DNA from: a virus
IMG/VR virus record: IMGVR_UViG_3300029893_000067
Span: 1 to 25,338 of that record
DNA: 25,338 bases
Direction: 5' to 3' (one strand)
The notes beneath the pieces are model-generated. The model was not told the DNA's origin, ran no database searches, and was given only the letters and a program-made list of their open reading frames with translations. Of this stretch, positions 16,946 through 25,128 are shown one piece after another. A program made the position numbers and the translations under genes. The first letter of the stretch is position 1, and each line of letters starts with the position of its first letter.

Positions 16946-17488
16946 ATGGCATTTAATATTACAGAATTTAGATCGCAGTTAGCACAAGATGGGTATCGCC
17001 CCAATTTATTTTCAGTTACTATGAATTTTCCTGCGGTAGCAGCTTCTGCAACAGGTTCTCAGAAATTAACTTTTATGTGTAACGCTGCTTCGCTACCTGG
17101 AAGCTTTATGGGGGTAGCCCCGGCTTTCTATTTCGGGCGACAAGCAAAATTTGCCGGTAACAGAGTATTTAACGATTGGCAAATTACGGTATATATGGAC
17201 GAAGATTTTAGTATACGTGACAGTTTTGAAAGATGGAGTAATGTACTTAATTCTCATGTGGGAAATATTCGTGCGCAAGGTGCATTAGCCCCGAGCAGCT
17301 ATGTAACAGACGCGGTTGTTCAAGCATATGGAAAGACTGGTAATATTGTAAAAACTTATAAATTAACTTCAATATTTCCAACTAATATAGGGGAAGTGGG
17401 ATTAGATTGGGCTAATATGAATACTATTGGAGAATTTACTGTAGAATTAGCAACAAATTATTGGACAGCTTCTACAACTGATTCATAA
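16946..17488 (+). CDS. gp19: Tail tube protein gp19
   Basis: RPNLF.V, F.C.AASLPGS, YFGR..KFAG.R.F.DW.IT...DEDF.IR..FE.W, FPTNI....LDW motifs. Confidence 0.95.
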   Translation: MAFNITEFRSQLAQDGYRPNLFSVTMNFPAVAASATGSQKLTFMCNAASLPGSFMGVAPAFYFGRQAKFAGNRVFNDWQITVYMDEDFSIRDSFERWSNVLNSHVGNIRAQGALAPSSYVTDAVVQAYGKTGNIVKTYKLTSIFPTNIGEVGLDWANMNTIGEFTVELATNYWTASTTDS

Positions 17489-17516
17489 TAATTATAATAA
17501 CGTTTTCATTATTTTT

Positions 17517-17548
17517 AAGGCTATATAACAATATAGCCTTTTTATTTT
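17517..17548 (+). terminator. Rho-independent terminator after gp19
   Basis: AAGGCTATAT-AACA-ATATAGCCTT perfect 10-bp stem followed by TTTATTTT. Confidence 0.8.
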
Positions 17549-17558
17549 GGACTTGTAA

Positions 17559-18437
17559 ATGATATTTAATAAATTGGATATAACAAAAAACAAATATTAT
17601 AAATGGTATGTTTCTATAATAAATAATTGTAAGAATAGAAATTCAAATACAAAAGAATATTATCTAGAAAAACATCATGTATTACCAAAATGTATGAAAG
17701 GGAATAATTCAAAAGAAAATTTAGTATATTTATTTCCTAAAGAGCATTTCATAGTACACCATTTATTGATAAAATTTGTTAAAAATAAAAATTATAATAT
17801 AAAATTATCTCATGCATTTTGGAGAATGTGTAATCATGCCAACTATAATATAAAAATAAATTCTAAAATTTATGAAAAATTGAGATTGTTTAGTTCTGTA
17901 AATATGAAAAAAATTACTAAAAATTATATAATAAAAGAATATTTGTTCTGTGATCCTAATAATAAAATTATAACAATAAAAAATTTGAATAAATTTTGTA
18001 GGGATAATGAATTATGTTCACAGGCTATGTATAAGGTATATAAAGGAAAGATAAAAAGTCATAAAGGATATAGAAATATTGAAAATAAAGATTACATACC
18101 TAAAAATAAAATAATTAAAAAATTAATAAATCCTGAAGGGAATATTGTGGAATTTTATGAAGTTAAAAAATTTTGTAAAAATAATAAATTGAGTTATTCT
18201 AAAATTATAGACGTATTAAATGAAAAACAATTTCAACATAAAGGGTATAGAAATATTAAAAGTAATGATTTTATAAAACATGAAAAAATTTTTGAATTTT
18301 ATGATGTTGAAAATAATTTAATAAAAATAAATGATTTGGTGAAATATTGTAAAGAACATAAATTAAATTATTCTGGAATGATTCAAATGTTGAATGGAAA
18401 ATATTCTAATCATAAAGGATATCATATAAATACTTAA
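17559..18437 (+). CDS. Mob-like HNH homing endonuclease with three C-terminal HTH-type repeats
   Basis: KYYKWY..II, EKHHVLPKCM.G.N...NLV.L...EHF.VH.LL, and three repeats ending HKGY. Confidence 0.85.
   Translation: MIFNKLDITKNKYYKWYVSIINNCKNRNSNTKEYYLEKHHVLPKCMKGNNSKENLVYLFPKEHFIVHHLLIKFVKNKNYNIKLSHAFWRMCNHANYNIKINSKIYEKLRLFSSVNMKKITKNYIIKEYLFCDPNNKIITIKNLNKFCRDNELCSQAMYKVYKGKIKSHKGYRNIENKDYIPKNKIIKKLINPEGNIVEFYEVKKFCKNNKLSYSKIIDVLNEKQFQHKGYRNIKSNDFIKHEKIFEFYDVENNLIKINDLVKYCKEHKLNYSGMIQMLNGKYSNHKGYHINT
18425..18432 (+). promoter_or_regulatory. T4-type late promoter for gp20, embedded in the last codons of the HNH gene
   Basis: TATAAATA within the codons for H-I-N-T, 28 nt before the gp20 ATG. 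Confidence 0.7.
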
Positions 18438-18460
18438 ATATATAACTAAGAGAATTATAA

Positions 18461-21319
18461 ATGGCTGAATTTTCAATTAAAAATTTACTTGGATTTAAGA
18501 TAGGAAAAAATAAAGAGGTTGATACTAATATTCAAGCTTTTACTCCTCCTACTGACGATGATGGTGCAATATCAGTTTCTGCAACTACTCCCGGAATATA
18601 TGGAACATATTTAGATCAAGAAGGAATTGCTAAAAATGAATCGGAATTAATTATTAGATATAGAGAAATGGCTTCGCAGCCTGAAATTGAAAGTGCTGTT
18701 GATGATATTGTTAATGAAGCTATTGTACAAGATTCGGATGGAAGGGTTATTAATATTATATTAGATAAATTAGAAGAGTCTGATAAAGTAAAAAAGGCGA
18801 TTGAAAATGAATTCAAGAATATTATCAAATTATTAAATTTTTCTAATATTGCTCAAGATATATTTAGAAGATTTTATATAGATGGAAGATTATATTATCA
18901 TGTAATTATTGATAAAGAAAGACCAGATTTAGGAATACAAGAATTAAGATATGTAGATCCTAGAAAAATTAAAAAAATTAGAGAAATTAAAAAAAGCAAA
19001 GATTCTAAAACTGGGGTTGATGTAGTTATAGGAGTTAATGAATATTATGTTTATAATGATTTAAGCACTGCGGTAGGGGCTGCTACAAATAATTTTGGTC
19101 CTGTTGGAACTATAATTTCCCCTGATTCTATTATTAATGTAAATTCTGGTTTGATGGATGCTAAAAGGACTATGATTTTAAGTTATCTTCACAAATGTTT
19201 AGAGGGTAACCAGAGAGTAAAAACCAAAGAAGGATGGAAATTTGTTAAAGATATTATTCCAGGAGATTTGATATATGCTTATAACATTGACAAAGATATT
19301 TTTGAAGAAACAAAGGTAAAGAATCAATGGAAAACCGGAAATAAAAAAGTAATAAAAATTTCTTCAAAACACTCTTCTTTAATATGCACCCCCGATCATC
19401 CAATTTTAATTAAAGATGAAAATAATGAAATTAGATATGTTAACGCAGAAGATATTATTATTAAAAAACACAAAATAAAATTAGTTCAAAATGAAATTAT
19501 AGGAGAAAATATACCGTTTCCAATATTGAATAGGGATATTGTTGCTAAAATTTCTAATCCAGAAGAATGGATTGAATATGAAATGAAAGGGAAGAAGAAA
19601 TTTATATATGAAATAGCAGAAAAATATAATCAAAATAAACATAACATATATTCCTTTATATATGGATATCAACCATTAGAAATAAATTTAGCTAAACAAA
19701 TAGTATCAGAATTTCCTATAAATTTAAAATTGGCCGAAAAATATGAAGGTCATTATCAAAACGAATTAATTTTACCAGAATATATAGACGAAGATTTTTC
19801 TAGATTATTTGGATTTTTAATAGGAGATGGATGGGTTAATACTTATACTATAGGATTTGCAGAAGGTATTGATATAAAACAAAATGAATATTATGGAAAT
19901 TTAATGAAAAAATATTTTGGTAATTGTTCGAGAATAGATGCTAACAGTAGAAAAAGCGAATATAAATCTTGGGTTACCAATAATACATTAGGATGTGAAT
20001 TATTAAAATCAATGGGATTTATAACAGGAGCAAAAAATAAAAGAATTCCTGAATGGGTTTTTTTATCTAAAAAATCGGTTCAATTAGCATTTATAGAAGG
20101 ATTGCACGATGCAGATGGATGCGATAGAAGAAAAAATGATAAAGATACTTGGGCATCTACAATTAATTTATGCAATGAAAAATTAATTTATGATATAAAA
20201 GAACTATGGACTAGATTAGGATATTGTTCAGGAAAAATTTCTTATTTTAAGATAAAAGGAATTCATATAGCAGGGAGTAAAAATAAAAGCCAAGATTCTG
20301 AATATTGGAGTATTTATATTTCTAAAAAGATACTTCCTTCTTGGGAAAATATTATTAAAATCGAAGATTTAGAAAATACCGAAGAAGTTTATGATATAGA
20401 AGTTGAAAATAAAAACCATAATTTTGTCGTTAACGGAATCGTTTGTCATAATTGTATTAAGCCTTTCAATCAATTAAGAATGATTGAAGATGCTTGTGTT
20501 ATTTGGAAAGTTAGTAGAGCAGCACAAAGAAGACTTTATTATATTGATGTTGGAAATTTACCAAAAGCTAAAGCAGAACAAGTAATAAAAGATTACCAAG
20601 TAAGATTTAGAAATAAAGTTGTGTATAATGCAGAATCTGGGCAAATTCAAAATGATAGACGGTTCATTTCAATGTTAGAAGATTTTTTTATTCCTCGAAG
20701 AAATGATTCCAAAACAACAGAAATAACAACTTTAAATGATACTTCTTCATTTGATGATATGTCTATGGTTGAATATTTCGAAGAAAAATTATATAAATCT
20801 TTAAGTGTTCCTATTTCAAGATTAAACACAGAGGTTAAATTTAGTCTTGGAAGAAGTTCTGAAATAACTAGAGATGAATTAAAATTTTCTAAGTTCGTAC
20901 AAAGATTAAGAAATAGATTTTCAGATATATTTGATCAAGCTTTAAGAATTCAATGTATATTAAAAGGAATTTGTACGGATGAAGAATGGGAAAGCTTCAA
21001 AGATTATGTTATTTATGATTATGTCAAAGATAATTATTTTGAAGAATTAAAAGAATCAGAAGTTTTACAAGATCGTTTAGCTACTTTATCAACAATTGAT
21101 TTATATGTTGGTAAATATATTTCAGAATATTGGGTAAGAAAAAATGTGTTAAAAATGACAGACGAAGAAATTAAAATCGAAGATGAAACTATTAGAAAAG
21201 AAAAACAAAAAAATATTATAGATAATGCACAAAACAATTTATTACAAATTAATATTAACAATGAATTAGGATTAAATCAATTTTCAAATGAAGAAAATCC
21301 TGAAGAACAAATTGTATAA
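18461..21319 (+). CDS. gp20: Portal vertex protein gp20 precursor with intein (about 533 aa after splicing)
   Basis: LI.RYREMA.QPEI..AVDDIVNEAI, FRRFYIDGRLYYH, ELRY.DPRKI, YIDVGNLPKAKAEQ, EITRDELKF.KFV.RLR motifs. Confidence 0.96.
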   Translation: MAEFSIKNLLGFKIGKNKEVDTNIQAFTPPTDDDGAISVSATTPGIYGTYLDQEGIAKNESELIIRYREMASQPEIESAVDDIVNEAIVQDSDGRVINIILDKLEESDKVKKAIENEFKNIIKLLNFSNIAQDIFRRFYIDGRLYYHVIIDKERPDLGIQELRYVDPRKIKKIREIKKSKDSKTGVDVVIGVNEYYVYNDLSTAVGAATNNFGPVGTIISPDSIINVNSGLMDAKRTMILSYLHKCLEGNQRVKTKEGWKFVKDIIPGDLIYAYNIDKDIFEETKVKNQWKTGNKKVIKISSKHSSLICTPDHPILIKDENNEIRYVNAEDIIIKKHKIKLVQNEIIGENIPFPILNRDIVAKISNPEEWIEYEMKGKKKFIYEIAEKYNQNKHNIYSFIYGYQPLEINLAKQIVSEFPINLKLAEKYEGHYQNELILPEYIDEDFSRLFGFLIGDGWVNTYTIGFAEGIDIKQNEYYGNLMKKYFGNCSRIDANSRKSEYKSWVTNNTLGCELLKSMGFITGAKNKRIPEWVFLSKKSVQLAFIEGLHDADGCDRRKNDKDTWASTINLCNEKLIYDIKELWTRLGYCSGKISYFKIKGIHIAGSKNKSQDSEYWSIYISKKILPSWENIIKIEDLENTEEVYDIEVENKNHNFVVNGIVCHNCIKPFNQLRMIEDACVIWKVSRAAQRRLYYIDVGNLPKAKAEQVIKDYQVRFRNKVVYNAESGQIQNDRRFISMLEDFFIPRRNDSKTTEITTLNDTSSFDDMSMVEYFEEKLYKSLSVPISRLNTEVKFSLGRSSEITRDELKFSKFVQRLRNRFSDIFDQALRIQCILKGICTDEEWESFKDYVIYDYVKDNYFEELKESEVLQDRLATLSTIDLYVGKYISEYWVRKNVLKMTDEEIKIEDETIRKEKQKNIIDNAQNNLLQININNELGLNQFSNEENPEEQIV
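19196..20452 (+). mobile_element. 419-aa intein with LAGLIDADG homing endonuclease domain
   Basis: Begins CLEGNQRV (block A), CTPDHPIL (block B), FGFLIGDG and FIEGLHDADG (LAGLIDADG motifs), VYDIEV...HNFVVNGIVCHN followed by +1 Cys. Confidence 0.95.
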
Positions 21320-21322
21320 AAT

Positions 21323-21330
21323 TATAAATA
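21323..21330 (+). promoter_or_regulatory. T4-type late promoter
   Basis: TATAAATA just after the gp20 stop, A-rich leader, AGGAGA SD before ATG 21365. Confidence 0.8.
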
Positions 21331-21364
21331 ATATAATAAAAATAATATAATAGGAGAAAATTAA

Positions 21365-22111
21365 ATGAGTTATAAAGATATTGTAAATTCAATTTTAGAT
21401 GAAAATATTGTAAAAACTAAAGATGAAGTATATGAATCTTTAAGAGAAAAAGTTAAAAATATGTTAGACGAAATGAAAGATAAAATTTCTAAAACTTTAG
21501 TTGTAGAATCTTATGATGATGATGATGAAGAGGAAGAAGATGATTGGGACGAATGGGAAGATGAAGAAATTAAAAACGAATGTTATGAATTCTTAAATGA
21601 TATTTCAAATAGAATTCTAAATGTATATGGAATTAATGAAAGCGCAGATGAATATGATATCGGCAATATATTAGAAAATTATATTAATGATTATAATGAT
21701 AATTCAGAATTAACTTTAGAAACAATAGTAGAATCTTTTGTTACTTTATATCAATTAGAAGATATTGACGAAGGATTAGCAGACAAAATTGGCTCTTTAG
21801 CCGGGAAAATTCATGTCGGGGTTGCTAATGCAATGAGAAATATTAATTCTGCAGGAAAAATTACTAAAAATACGATTAAAAAAGGAATTAAAGATTTTAA
21901 AAAAGGATATTCTCAAGGACAAAAAGAAGCTTCTAAATTAGATACCACAAAAAAATCTAAAAATTTAGCTTCTGCTGCTACTAAAGGCAAAACTTTTAAA
22001 GATATTATTTCAAATACAAAAAAAGTAACTAATAAACAGGCGGTTACTAAAATTCCTAAAACCGTTAAAAAAGTAAAAATAGAACCTACTATTTCTAAAT
22101 TAGTAGATTAA
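21365..22111 (+). CDS. Putative prohead core/internal head protein (gp67-like position), acidic N half and Lys-rich C half
   Basis: Position after the portal, helical N-terminus, D/E tract, several (I/L/V)xE motifs. Confidence 0.5.
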   Translation: MSYKDIVNSILDENIVKTKDEVYESLREKVKNMLDEMKDKISKTLVVESYDDDDEEEEDDWDEWEDEEIKNECYEFLNDISNRILNVYGINESADEYDIGNILENYINDYNDNSELTLETIVESFVTLYQLEDIDEGLADKIGSLAGKIHVGVANAMRNINSAGKITKNTIKKGIKDFKKGYSQGQKEASKLDTTKKSKNLASAATKGKTFKDIISNTKKVTNKQAVTKIPKTVKKVKIEPTISKLVD

Positions 22112-22112
22112 A

Positions 22113-22514
22113 ATGAATCATAATAAAGAAGGATTTTTAACAAAAGATCCTCCTTCAATGTTAATAATGCATAGAAAATCTATAAAGAATATTGGAGGAG
22201 ATCAATTTGTAGCAACTTATTATATAAATGAGTTGAACAGATATATTTCAATTCCTTATGGGAAAGGAATTGATTCTTCTTTATATTATGTTAGAGAAAA
22301 TTTTATAAATTATTTAGCATTAATAAGTAATTCTAAAGAAAATTACACTATTAAATTTAACGATAATTCTGAATTAAATATTAATAATGAATGTGCTACG
22401 AATATTTTAAATTTAGTAACAGAAGAAAATAAAGAACCGCTAATAGATTATATTTTAGAATCTGATAAAAACTTTTTGGAAATTTTAGAATATTCTATAT
22501 CCAATAAGGAATAA
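22113..22514 (+). CDS. Hypothetical protein, probably head-associated
   Basis: Intact ORF closely coupled to its neighbours. The DPP..L...RKSI...VA.YY...L..Y.SIPY pattern resembles proteins I recall downstream of gp20 in T4-like phages. Confidence 0.55.
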   Translation: MNHNKEGFLTKDPPSMLIMHRKSIKNIGGDQFVATYYINELNRYISIPYGKGIDSSLYYVRENFINYLALISNSKENYTIKFNDNSELNINNECATNILNLVTEENKEPLIDYILESDKNFLEILEYSISNKE

Positions 22515-22519
22515 TAAAA

Positions 22520-23047
22520 ATGAGCTTATCAAGAATAAAATATATAAAACAATTTTATCAAATTGCATCTTATACTTTTACAAATAATAATATTAATATT
22601 GTAACTGTTAATGATCATAATTTATATACAGGAATAGAAGTTAATTTATCTTCTGATAGAAATTATTCATCTTATAAAGGAATTGCCAACGTAACTTCCG
22701 CTAATACTTTTTCAGTACCTTCAAATAATAATATTGAATTATTAACTAATTATTATGTAAAAGGCTATTATACCGGGCAAAGTGGAACACAATCTGCTGA
22801 AACGTTACCAAGGGCAACAGGAACTCAATTAATAATTCAATCCTATGTTTCTGGTAATGGAGCAGCTAATGTAATTATAGAAACTTCTTTAGATGCTTCT
22901 CATTGGATTCCTGCAGGATATATTAATCATACTAATATTAATGACGATACAGGATTTTTAAGTATTTCTCCTGGATGGGCATATATGAGGGCCAACATAG
23001 TTTCTTTAGGTGCTAATACTAATTTAGTTCTAATTATAGGAGAATAA
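22520..23047 (+). CDS. Hypothetical beta-rich, probably virion-associated protein
   Basis: SD AAGGA, Asn/Ser/Thr/Gly-rich, IETSLD..HW...W.Y.R motif. Confidence 0.6.
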   Translation: MSLSRIKYIKQFYQIASYTFTNNNINIVTVNDHNLYTGIEVNLSSDRNYSSYKGIANVTSANTFSVPSNNNIELLTNYYVKGYYTGQSGTQSAETLPRATGTQLIIQSYVSGNGAANVIIETSLDASHWIPAGYINHTNINDDTGFLSISPGWAYMRANIVSLGANTNLVLIIGE

Positions 23048-23048
23048 A

Positions 23049-23657
23049 ATGTCTAATATAGGAATTATAGATTCTTTGGCTGTATCAGAGTTAACAACTT
23101 TAACAAATTCTTCTGTAACAGCAACTGTTTCTACTAATCCATTAAATCAGTTACCTACTACTGTAACAAATTTTATATTAAATACTGAATTAATAAGAAG
23201 CTCTTCAAATTCTACTTATTCCATAGGGTCTTTATTAAATTCAAATAATTCTATATTATTTCCTAATATAGATTTTACTGGCGTAATTGGAACAAATGCT
23301 AAAAATATTATTATTAATACTATAGAAATTGTTTCTAATAATGGAATAGCTACTACTAAACTATCTCCTCAAATACTTTTTTTTAATACTTCTAATATAG
23401 GATTTTCTGCTAATGATTATTTATTATTTAATCCTACTTATAGTCAATTAAAAGGAAATTTAACTGGTTCTATAGATACATTTCCTACTCAAATTTCTCT
23501 TGGAAATAATGCTATCATTTATCAATATAATGAACTCCAAAGAATGTCTAAAACTGCAAACGATGGAAAATTATATTTTTCATTAATAACCCAAAGCGGA
23601 TATACTCCAACCCCTAATGAATCTTTAAATATTATAGTTAAAGGATTTGTACTTTAA
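23049..23657 (+). CDS. Hypothetical Asn/Ser/Thr-rich protein, possibly distantly related to the next two ORFs
   Basis: SD AGGAGA, beta-strand-like alternation, TAATG overlap with the next gene. Confidence 0.6.
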   Translation: MSNIGIIDSLAVSELTTLTNSSVTATVSTNPLNQLPTTVTNFILNTELIRSSSNSTYSIGSLLNSNNSILFPNIDFTGVIGTNAKNIIINTIEIVSNNGIATTKLSPQILFFNTSNIGFSANDYLLFNPTYSQLKGNLTGSIDTFPTQISLGNNAIIYQYNELQRMSKTANDGKLYFSLITQSGYTPTPNESLNIIVKGFVL

Positions 23658-24352
23658 TGTCTAATAATTTTTTACTATATACTCCCAATACTTTATATAC
23701 GTTAGCCACTGAACAAGATGTATATAGTAAACACAGTTTTAAAATAAAATATAATTATCCATTAACAATTTCAAATAATTATGTAACATTATCTAATACT
23801 TTAATTTCTATTAACAATTATGTAACTTTAACTATAACTTTAGCTAATCCAGTATTATCAAATTCTGATAAAAAATACTATTTTAATTATATTCCTTTTT
23901 CTTCAAATATAGAATTTACTTTAAGTGGAAACACTAATTATTATAATAAAAATTATATAATTTCTAATTCTAATGTTTCATCCAATTCCTTTGTTTTTAA
24001 TAATGTTCATCAATATTTTGGAGGATGTGGAGAAATTAGAAAATTAAAAATAATGACTAATATTAATTATAATAATTTTAATGGAAAATTGTTATTATAT
24101 AAAACTCAAATTCCTAATACATTAGATGGCAGTTTATTAAACAGTTTTTATCAAGATAGATATAATAAAATAGGAGAAATAGAATTCACTTTAAATAATT
24201 CAGAAGAAACTTTTATTCTTCCTATTCCGTTATTTTATAAATGCGAAACAAATTCTTCTAATATACAAGGAGTTTTAATTAATAATTCTGCAAATTCAAC
24301 TTTATATGCTAATCAAAGTTTTTATTTATCTCTAGCAGGAATTCAATATTAA
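23657..24352 (+). CDS. Hypothetical protein, paralogue of 24391-25128
   Basis: Shares FSSNIEF.LSGN, GG.GEI, LDGSL, RY.KIG and NQSFY.S..GI.Y with the next ORF. Confidence 0.65.
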   Translation: MSNNFLLYTPNTLYTLATEQDVYSKHSFKIKYNYPLTISNNYVTLSNTLISINNYVTLTITLANPVLSNSDKKYYFNYIPFSSNIEFTLSGNTNYYNKNYIISNSNVSSNSFVFNNVHQYFGGCGEIRKLKIMTNINYNNFNGKLLLYKTQIPNTLDGSLLNSFYQDRYNKIGEIEFTLNNSEETFILPIPLFYKCETNSSNIQGVLINNSANSTLYANQSFYLSLAGIQY

Positions 24353-24358
24353 AATAGT

Positions 24359-24366
24359 TATAAATA
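24359..24366 (+). promoter_or_regulatory. T4-type late promoter
   Basis: Intergenic TATAAATA 24 nt before ATG 24391. Confidence 0.7.
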
Positions 24367-24390
24367 ATAAAATAAAACAAGAATAAAAAT

Positions 24391-25128
24391 ATGGCAAATA
24401 ATATTTATTTAAATACAGGAACAGCACAAGCTTTAGTAATTGCTTCTGAAGATTTAGGAAGTAACGTACAAGCATTAAAAGTGGTTCCTACCAATACTTT
24501 TGTCACTTTAACCAATAATTTTGTTACGTTAACCAATAATCATGTAAATGCTACGTTAACCAATAATTATGTAAATGCTACGTTAACCAATAATTATGTA
24601 ACAATTGCTAACGGAAATAATTATATTGGTAAAGTTGGCGTTACCTCTTTTTCTTCAAATATAGAATTTTCTTTAAGTGGAAACTCTACTATTTATAATG
24701 TTTATACAATTTTAGCTTCTTCTAATTCTGTTTCTTCTCCTTTATATTTTAATAATTTAACTATTTCGTTAGGTGGAAGCGGAGAAATTAAAAATGCACA
24801 ATTATTTACAAATAATGCCAATAGCTACTTTACAGGAAGTCTTCATTTATATAAAAGCACTCCTTCGCAAAATGTGTTGGATGGTAGTTTATTCAATACG
24901 GATTACTCTAATAGATATATAAAAATAGGACAACTTAATTTTCCTACTACTTCAAGTTCTGGAAATAATTCTAACGCGGCATATTCTTTATGGAACGATA
25001 TTCCATTAGAATTTGTTTGTGATTCTAATAGAAATAATTTAGTGGGAATTTTAGTAAATAGTTCTAACACAACTTTAATTAACACTCAAAGTTTTTATAT
25101 TTCAGTTTCAGGAATTGCTTATAACTAA
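24391..25128 (+). CDS. Hypothetical late protein with short TLTNN repeats and a beta-rich C-terminal domain
   Basis: Own late promoter, paralogy with the previous ORF. Confidence 0.65.
   Translation: MANNIYLNTGTAQALVIASEDLGSNVQALKVVPTNTFVTLTNNFVTLTNNHVNATLTNNYVNATLTNNYVTIANGNNYIGKVGVTSFSSNIEFSLSGNSTIYNVYTILASSNSVSSPLYFNNLTISLGGSGEIKNAQLFTNNANSYFTGSLHLYKSTPSQNVLDGSLFNTDYSNRYIKIGQLNFPTTSSSGNNSNAAYSLWNDIPLEFVCDSNRNNLVGILVNSSNTTLINTQSFYISVSGIAYN
24490..24603 (+). repeat. 21/27-bp coding tandem repeat (TLTNNxV[NA])
   Basis: ACGTTAACCAATAAT at 24526, 24553 and 24580, with degenerate 21-bp units before. Confidence 0.9.

Noticed and set aside
1504..25085. Short minus-strand ORFs in the track (1504, 2908, 8981, 9225, 13724, 17093, 18616, 19481, 20647, 21034, 24903)
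   Set aside because: Each lies wholly antisense to a well-supported gene and shows no recognisable motif, so they are treated as shadow ORFs.
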